This document shows positions 57,607 to 64,000 of a DNA stretch of 64,000 nt, piece after piece (position 1 is the first letter of the stretch; each line of letters opens with the position of its first letter). The notes below the pieces were generated by a model. It had not been told where the DNA came from. It did not search any database and worked only from the letters and a program-made list of their open reading frames with translations. This stretch comes from an uncultured delta proteobacterium (GTDB lineage: Bacteria; Myxococcota_A; Polyangia; Polyangiales; Polyangiaceae): NCBI GenBank assembly GCA_963716725.1, contig CAVQUB010000013.1, forward strand, positions 384,001-448,000, given 5' to 3'. Made by a program: the position numbers and the translations under genes.

Positions 57607-58428
57607 ATGCACCCCATGTGGCGAGTCGAATATGTGAACCGCGGCGGGCACCGTATCGCGTTCTCGATCCATGGCGACCCATCGGCTCCCCCTCTGCTCA
57701 TGATCCGCGGCCTGGGTCGTACCAGCCGACACTGGGGCCGCATCGTGCACGAGCTCGAGCGGAGCTTTCGGCTGGTGCTGATCGACAACCGTGGCGTCGG
57801 TAAGAGCACTGTGCCCGTGCTGCCCTTCACGACTCGTGACATGGCGGACGACGCCGCCGCGGTCCTCGACTGGCTCGAGATCGAGACGGCCGACGCCATG
57901 GGCATCTCGTTGGGCGGTATGATCGCCCAGGAGCTGGCGCTTCGACACGGGCCGCGCCTGCGTCGGTTGATCCTCGGGTGCACCAGCGCAGGTCGACGCA
58001 CCGGCAAATCGATTCGGCTCGCCACCGTGCTGCAGCTGATCGGCCCCATGCGCCTGCCGCCGGAGCGCGCGATCCGGGAGACCGCCCGCCTGATCTTGTC
58101 GCAGGACTTCCTCGAACGCGAACCCGAGGTCGTGGACGAGTGGGTCCAAATCGCTCGCGAGCTCCCGCCGAGCCGTCGCGGTGTCTTCTACCAGCTGCTC
58201 GCCGCCGCTCGCCACGAGACCGGGTCGCGCCTGGGGGAGATTCGTACACCCACCTTGGTCGTGACCGGCGACACCGACAAATTGATCGACGCAGAAAATT
58301 CCGCCCGCTTGGCCCGCTCGATCCCGGGAGCGCGCCTCGAGCTCCTGCGGGGAGCCGGGCACGATTTCCCAACCGAGCAGCCCGAGGCCACGGCTGCGCT
58401 GATCCGCGAGTTCTGTCTGGGGGAGTGA
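57607..58428 (+). CDS. Alpha/beta hydrolase
   Basis: DNRGVGKS, GISLGGMIAQ, PTLVVTGDTD, GAGH. Confidence 0.92.
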   Translation: MHPMWRVEYVNRGGHRIAFSIHGDPSAPPLLMIRGLGRTSRHWGRIVHELERSFRLVLIDNRGVGKSTVPVLPFTTRDMADDAAAVLDWLEIETADAMGISLGGMIAQELALRHGPRLRRLILGCTSAGRRTGKSIRLATVLQLIGPMRLPPERAIRETARLILSQDFLEREPEVVDEWVQIARELPPSRRGVFYQLLAAARHETGSRLGEIRTPTLVVTGDTDKLIDAENSARLARSIPGARLELLRGAGHDFPTEQPEATAALIREFCLGE

Positions 58429-58452
58429 GCGAAGGCCAGGTAGAGTCCGCGC

Positions 58453-58959
58453 ATGGCACCAACCACTGTCGTCATCGACACGAGCCTGGGCAGCTTCACC
58501 ATCGCCCTCGACTCCGAGCGCGCGCCCAAGAGCGTCGCCAACTTCTTGAGCTACGTCGACTCGGGGCATTTCACCGGCACCATTTTCCACCGCGTGATCG
58601 ACGGCTTCATGACGCAGGGCGGCGGCTACACCGAGAGCTACGATCGCAAGCCCACTTCGGCGCCCGTGGAGAACGAGGCCGACAACGGGCTCAAGAACCT
58701 GCGCGGCACCGTGGCCATGGCACGCACCAGCGATCCCCACTCGGCGACCGCGCAGTTCTTCGTCAACGTGAAGGACAACGCCTCCCTGGATCACAAGGGC
58801 AAGAACGACTCGGGTTGGGGGTATACGGTCTTCGGCCAGGTCACCGTCGGCATGGACATCGTCGACCGAATCAAATCGGTCAAGACCGGCGCCGCGGGTC
58901 CGTTCACGAAGGACGCGCCCATCGAGCCCATCGTGATCACCGGCGCTCGGCGCGGCTGA
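58453..58959 (+). CDS. Cyclophilin-type peptidyl-prolyl cis-trans isomerase
   Basis: FHRVIDGFM.QGGG, RGTVAMART..PHSATAQFFVN, YTVFGQV. Confidence 0.96.
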   Translation: MAPTTVVIDTSLGSFTIALDSERAPKSVANFLSYVDSGHFTGTIFHRVIDGFMTQGGGYTESYDRKPTSAPVENEADNGLKNLRGTVAMARTSDPHSATAQFFVNVKDNASLDHKGKNDSGWGYTVFGQVTVGMDIVDRIKSVKTGAAGPFTKDAPIEPIVITGARRG

Positions 58960-58965
58960 TCGGGC

Positions 58966-59433
58966 TCAGACTCCGAGCTCGAAGCCCTGATGCGCCAGCG
59001 CGGCGCGAGCGCGATCCGTCCGCTGACAGGCAGCAATCGACAGCGCCGCCAAGAGCGCGCCCACGATGGCGGCGAGGCCGACCATCACCGACAAGAGCGA
59101 GAAGTACCCCCAGCTCAGCGCCAACAGCGTGAACGCGGCGGTGAGCAGCGCCGTCAGCGCCGCCAGCACGAAGCCAGCGATGGCCGCCCAGCCGCGCGCC
59201 CGAGACAGCTTCCAGCCCACCGCGGCGCTGGCGAGCCCCACCGGTACGAGCAGCGCCGGCAAAAGCCAGTGCCAGGAGAGAAAGCGAAGGTTTGTCAGCG
59301 ACTGGACACCATACAAGACCGTGAAGACGCCGAGCATGAGCACGATCCGGCCCGCGACGACCGCAACCAGCGGGGGCGCCGCCGCGGAAATCTCGGCGTC
59401 TGCCTGGGCAGTATCGGTGGGCGTAGCGTGCAC
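58966..59433 (-). CDS. Hypothetical four-TM membrane protein
   Basis: Four hydrophobic segments. Confidence 0.7.
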   Translation of the reverse strand: MHATPTDTAQADAEISAAAPPLVAVVAGRIVLMLGVFTVLYGVQSLTNLRFLSWHWLLPALLVPVGLASAAVGWKLSRARGWAAIAGFVLAALTALLTAAFTLLALSWGYFSLLSVMVGLAAIVGALLAALSIAACQRTDRARAALAHQGFELGV

Positions 59434-59513
59434 GGCTTGAATGACAGTCGCTGACGAACCCGTCGGGTCCTGCTACGCAAGTGGAGTGCCCCGTCTTCCC
59501 TCGGAAGCCCACC

Positions 59514-60377
59514 ATGTCACACGCCGAAATCGCCCCGACCGCCCACTACACCGCCTACGCCTGGCACCGCTTGGGCTTCCCGCACGCCGAGTACTTCGCC
59601 ACCGCGACCGGACGGCGGCTGTTCTGGTCATTCCGCGCCGCGGGTGAGTGGCTGGCAGTGGTGCACCCGACCGTACCGTCGATGCTGCAATATCTAGAAC
59701 TGCGGCACCGCTGCATCGAGCTGGCCCTCGACGAGGCAGCTCCAGACCGCATCGTCGAGATCGGTGCGGGTCTCTCCCGGCGCGGTCTGACTTGGGCCGC
59801 TGACCGTGGCGTGGACTACATCGAGGTCGATCTGCCGCACATGGTGGAGGCCAAGCGCGAGATCATCCGGACGCGAGTCCCCGAGGCCCTGCGTGCGCGC
59901 GCCGGTGACCGATTGAAACACGAGGCAGTCGATGTCACCGCTCCCGGCTTCGAAGACTGGCTCGAGCGTGCGCTAGAGGGCGCACAGCGTCCCGTCGTGA
60001 TCACCGAGGGTGTGCTGGGGTACTTCGAGCTCGGTGATCGAGAACGCTTCGCTCGGGCCGTCGCCCAGGCTCTGGGTGGGCGCGGCAGCTTCGTCTGCGA
60101 TTTGCGCTCGCGGGAGGGCGGGCGATCCGTCGCTGCGGCAGCCAGGCTGCTGCGCGCGGGGATCTGGCTGGTGACCCGTGGGCGTGGCGCCCGGGAAGAC
60201 TTCCCGAGTCGAGAGGCCATCACGCGCTACTTCGAGCGCGCCGGCTTCGAGCGCTCCGATCCGGTGTCGGTGGAGCGCGCGGCGGCGCACCTCGAGGGCC
60301 TGCGCACGCCCGCGCGGGTGTGGCAAGCCAGCGGCGCAGTCAGGCCTTCGCCGGCTCCTGATCGCTCCGCTTCATGA
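59514..60377 (+). CDS. Class I SAM methyltransferase (leucine carboxyl methyltransferase-like)
   Basis: IAPTAHYT, VEIGAGLSRR, IEVDLP, ITEGVLGY. Confidence 0.88.
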   Translation: MSHAEIAPTAHYTAYAWHRLGFPHAEYFATATGRRLFWSFRAAGEWLAVVHPTVPSMLQYLELRHRCIELALDEAAPDRIVEIGAGLSRRGLTWAADRGVDYIEVDLPHMVEAKREIIRTRVPEALRARAGDRLKHEAVDVTAPGFEDWLERALEGAQRPVVITEGVLGYFELGDRERFARAVAQALGGRGSFVCDLRSREGGRSVAAAARLLRAGIWLVTRGRGAREDFPSREAITRYFERAGFERSDPVSVERAAAHLEGLRTPARVWQASGAVRPSPAPDRSAS

Positions 60378-61026
60378 TCCGGTTCGAGATCATCACGTAG
60401 GCGACGAAGCCGACCAGCAGCACCGGAATGATGTAGAGCAGGTCGCCCTTGACCATGGCCTTGCCGCGGTGCACGAGCTCCGCATAGCTCAGCGAAGCGG
60501 TCGTGACACCGAGGTAGTAGCCAATGGCGGCCAAGATCGCGACCCAGATGCCAGCGCCAAGCCCCGTCCAGAGCGCGAAGCTCCGGATGGGCATGCGGGA
60601 GAGCCCGGCGGGGATGGAGATGAGCTGACGAATCGCCGGCAGCAGCCGGCACACGAAGGTGGCGCCCGGCCCGTAGCGGCGGAAGATCTCCTCGGCGCGG
60701 TCCAGCTTCGGTTTCGGAAGGAAGAAGTACTTCCCGTACTTCTCCAAGAACGGCGTGCCGAGCCAGGAGAACAGGTAGTAGTTGATGAACGCGCCGGCGA
60801 GCGAGCCGCCGGTGCCCGCGATCACCGCCACCGCGACGTCGACCATGGGCGAGCCAAAGCTCATCTCGCCGCGCGCCGCCAGGAAGCCGGCCGGAATCAT
60901 CACCACTTCGCTCGGGAAAGGGATGAAGGAGCTCTCCACGGTCATGAAGAAGAAGACCAGAAAGAACCCCCACACCGGAGCGTGGGTAGCGGCGGTCTGG
61001 ATGTATTGAATCAAAATCTCGGTCAC
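60340..61026 (-). CDS. DedA family membrane protein
   Basis: ESSFIPFPSEVVMIPAG, RLLPAIRQLISIPAG. Confidence 0.93.
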   Translation of the reverse strand: MTEILIQYIQTAATHAPVWGFFLVFFFMTVESSFIPFPSEVVMIPAGFLAARGEMSFGSPMVDVAVAVIAGTGGSLAGAFINYYLFSWLGTPFLEKYGKYFFLPKPKLDRAEEIFRRYGPGATFVCRLLPAIRQLISIPAGLSRMPIRSFALWTGLGAGIWVAILAAIGYYLGVTTASLSYAELVHRGKAMVKGDLLYIIPVLLVGFVAYVMISNRIMKRSDQEPAKA

Positions 61027-61288
61027 GGGCTCACTCCAAGGCGCTGGCAAGTAGCGCAAAGGCCGCCCGGAGTCGAAGGCTGAAGCCTCAGCTCGCAAAG
61101 CCCAGGGAAATCAGCTCTCTTTCGAAGCTCGACCTTCGAGCTCGTCGAGCGCGGCGTCGATCTCCGAATCGTCCTCGAGGGTCGCAAGCAGCAGGTGTCG
61201 GGCCTCGGCCTCCGCGGCCACTTCCGCCGCCACGCGACGGGAGCCAGCGGAAGGTGCCTCGCCCGCCGGGGCGGCGTAAGCTGCCGCC

Positions 61289-63439
61289 GTGGCGACCGTG
61301 GTCTTCGTGCTCGCCTTCGGTGAGCCCGAGGAGGCGTACTTCGCGGACACTCTGCTGACGCTGCTCGCCGCCGACGCCCGCCGCGCGGGGCATCGCGTCC
61401 ACGTCGTGCGGGTCTACTACCACGGCCGCGATGCCGGGAAGGATGCAGAGATCCGACGCCAACTCGCCGACTATCTGTCGGACCGCGATCCGGATCTGAT
61501 CGTGGTCGAGCGACTCTTCGATCCCGCGCCCGTGGTCGAAGGCGGACGCGCCGTCCTGCAGATCACTCGCGGCGATCCCGTCGAGCCCGAAGCAGGCGTC
61601 GACTACGTGCTCGGCGCGGTGACCGATCCGGTGCCCGGTCGCCCGGCAAGGCGCGCGCCTTCGGTAGGCGGACTGCGGGCCGCCTTTCACGAGGTGATCG
61701 CTGCGCTGGAGAAGGGCGCCGATCTGAGCCAGGTGGCCGGGGTTGGGAGGGTGGAGGCGGGACAAATCCGGATCGCGGCCCCCCTGCCCACGGCGTCGAC
61801 CCCGGGCCCCTTCGATCCGCTGACGCACGCGGATGTGATCGCGCCAGGCGAGCCGCCTCGGCCGCGACACAAGGTGCTGCTCGGCAACGTCGGCTGCCCC
61901 TTCGCGGCAGATCCGATGCAAGCGCCGCACTTCAGCGGAGTCGAGCTCCCCACTGGACTGCCCATCGCGCGCCTAGGCTGCGCCTTCTGCCATTTGGGCG
62001 GTGACTACGAGAAGCGTCCCGATGCCGAGGTCGTGGCGTCGCTGTTGGAGCAGGCCGAATACTTCTCGCGGGTCTCGCCCGACATCCGCTGCTTCACCAT
62101 CGACGACCAGCACTGCATTCGCTACCTGCCCTTGCTGGTTCGCGAGGCCGCAGCGCGGGGGATCGCCGCCGTGCGCTGGTTCTTTCCGGCACGCCCCGAC
62201 TCGCTGTCGCGAGAACGTACCCGGGTCGAGGATGCTGCCCGCATCGCCGCTGAAGTCGGCCACGTGATCGAGGTTCACCTCTCGGGTTTCGAAGCGTTCT
62301 GCGATCGCGAGCTCGCGCGCTACAACAAGGGTTGCACGAAGGCAGAGCTGCTCGACGCGGTGGCCCAGATGCGCGCGCTGCAGGCCGAGTACCCCACGAG
62401 CTTCGAGTACGCGGCCGCCCGGGCCCACAGCCTGCTCCTGTGGAACCCCTGGACCTCCCCCGCGGACCTGCGCGAGAGCGTCACCACCATCCGCGATCAC
62501 GACCTCGGTGAACTCTTCCACGAGATCGGCAGGAATCGACTGCGCCTGTATCGAGAGTTGCCCATCTACTGGGCGGCGCTTCGAGACGGCGCCGTCGTTG
62601 AGCACTGGCCCGGCGAGGACACCGGCACCGCCCGGCGCAAGGGCTACAGCACCGATCTCCCGTGGCGCTTCTTGGATCCGCGCACACGGGTGGCGCACGA
62701 GCTCGCTGCCAAGCTTCGCGATCGACTCGGGCGTGGGTCCGAGCTCGATCAGCTCGAAGCTGCGGTCGACTTCGCCGAATGCGGCCACGACAGCTGGGAG
62801 CCTGGGCTCGTGGAGCTGGAGGCGGAGCTGGCTCGCCTGCTCGCCCCCACTCGCGCGCTGGATCAGCCGGAACGCGGCGCCCAAGCCCGCGCCGCTCCGT
62901 GCGTTTTCGACCAGCGCACGCGACCGCGCGATCTCGACGCCGCGCTGAGCCAGGCTGCTCGGAATGCGCTCAGCGTCTTCGCCGTCGGCCCCTGTGTCCT
63001 CGCCCACCCCATGTTCGCCGAGTTCGCGGACCGCGCACGCGCGCAAGGCTCTCGGGTTGCGCTGCTGCTGCAGGCTGAGCACACGAGCCACGCTCGAGGA
63101 GCAGAGAGCGTGAGTGTGCGCGTCGATTCACCCGCAGCGCTCCTCGATCCCAACCTGTTCGCGCACTGCGCCGCCATCGAAGCACGGGTGCAGCCGGTCG
63201 GGGCCCGCCTCGACGAGCTGCCGCGCTGGGCCGAGTGGGCGGTGGCCTGCCGAATTCCTCAGCTCCGGCTCGAAGTCAGTCTGCCCGCTCTCGGTCTCGC
63301 GCGGCTTGGAGACGGCGCTCGGGCGATCGGCGCGCTCGCGGCCGCGTGCCGATCGCGGCGCGTGAAGCTCGAGGTCGCGCCGCTAGCCTCCGGCCTGCGC
63401 GACTTTCGCTTCGTGCCCACTCGCCCCGAGCGCCGCTAG
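61289..63439 (+). CDS. Radical SAM-like protein with expanded CX27CX2C motif and degenerate C-terminal domain
   Basis: GC-PF...RLG-CAFC; FTIDD; SGFEAF...L.RYNKG; LLWNPWT..DL, the class B/B12-type core signature. Confidence 0.75.
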   Translation: MATVVFVLAFGEPEEAYFADTLLTLLAADARRAGHRVHVVRVYYHGRDAGKDAEIRRQLADYLSDRDPDLIVVERLFDPAPVVEGGRAVLQITRGDPVEPEAGVDYVLGAVTDPVPGRPARRAPSVGGLRAAFHEVIAALEKGADLSQVAGVGRVEAGQIRIAAPLPTASTPGPFDPLTHADVIAPGEPPRPRHKVLLGNVGCPFAADPMQAPHFSGVELPTGLPIARLGCAFCHLGGDYEKRPDAEVVASLLEQAEYFSRVSPDIRCFTIDDQHCIRYLPLLVREAAARGIAAVRWFFPARPDSLSRERTRVEDAARIAAEVGHVIEVHLSGFEAFCDRELARYNKGCTKAELLDAVAQMRALQAEYPTSFEYAAARAHSLLLWNPWTSPADLRESVTTIRDHDLGELFHEIGRNRLRLYRELPIYWAALRDGAVVEHWPGEDTGTARRKGYSTDLPWRFLDPRTRVAHELAAKLRDRLGRGSELDQLEAAVDFAECGHDSWEPGLVELEAELARLLAPTRALDQPERGAQARAAPCVFDQRTRPRDLDAALSQAARNALSVFAVGPCVLAHPMFAEFADRARAQGSRVALLLQAEHTSHARGAESVSVRVDSPAALLDPNLFAHCAAIEARVQPVGARLDELPRWAEWAVACRIPQLRLEVSLPALGLARLGDGARAIGALAAACRSRRVKLEVAPLASGLRDFRFVPTRPERR

Positions 63440-64000
63440 TGCCGCGCGGCAGAAGTTTCGCTGGTTTCTTTTCCGTGTGCGTGTCGTCGGTGTAGTGGGG
63501 TGACATGATCGACTACAGCGCGTTCGCGGGTCGAGCGCACGGTGGTCGTCCGACGGTTCCGCTCGCGCTGAGGGCTGAAGAGCGCGCGCGGATCGAGGAG
63601 GCGTTGCGACCCGCCAGGGCGGAGCAGCGGCTGGTTCGTCGGGCGCAGGCCGTGTTGATGATGGCGGACGGAGTGCCTGCGACGGACATCGCCCGGCTCC
63701 TCGGGGTGCACGTGCGCACGGTGGACGACTGGCGCAAGCGCTTCGACTGCGCGGCACCTAGCGAGAGACTGGCGGACGCCCCGCGCTCGGGACGGCCGCC
63801 CTCTCTCTCTCGGACACCGTAGCGGCTCGAGTAGAAGCAGAAGCGTGTCGACCGCCGAGCGACGTCGGCGTGCCCGTCACGCACTGGTCAGCGTCGTTGC
63901 TTGGCGTGCACGTTCGCGCGCAAGGAATTCAGAATCAGCGACCGGTCGGTGGGCCGCATACTCAAGGATGCTGACCTGCAACCGCATCGGCAACAAATGT
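63437..64000 (+). mobile_element. IS630-family insertion sequence, left part, transposase frameshifted
   Basis: TA at 63437; HTH (RRAQAVL..ADG...IARLLGV...W..RF...LADAPRSGRP) then HWS..LL and ISDRSVGRIL...LQPHR in shifted frames; runs off the window. Confidence 0.85.

Overview
High-GC bacterial chromosomal window (visually about two-thirds G+C or more). It is most consistent with a myxobacterium (Myxococcota, Polyangiaceae-like): many Gly/Cys-rich lipoproteins with 'DAG' linkers, a MYXO-CTERM-like sorting tail, Hanks-type Ser/Thr kinases, a PP2C-cNMP phosphatase and a Zn-ribbon/GYF/TPR protein. Housekeeping genes include ruvC, yhbY, orn, tRNA-Ser(GCT), sppA, sspB, sixA, a creBC-like two-component system, uppS, leucine dehydrogenase, cyclophilin and DedA. 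The best candidate for an undescribed system is a translationally coupled operon at 22616-26845: TetR with its own palindromic operator, a radical SAM enzyme, and an SCP2-E1alpha-E1beta triple fusion with no E2/E3 in the window. It faces a convergent diiron ferritin-like gene and looks like a lipid-modifying or lipid-catabolic pathway. Other notable items: a small Tat/lipoprotein-like peptide with three PxxCL motifs coupled to a large FG-GAP/CARDB lipoprotein; a radical SAM-like protein with a CX27CX2C motif abutting an IS630 element; a sigma54-type promoter driving a 1.4-kaa metzincin lipoprotein; several genes collapsed by internal deletion; a diverged orphan copy of the histidine kinase 3' end; and pervasive TANNNT hexamers 5-9 nt upstream of start codons, suggesting leaderless mRNAs. 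No CRISPR, rRNA or prophage was seen. All family calls come from motif recognition by eye, not database searches.
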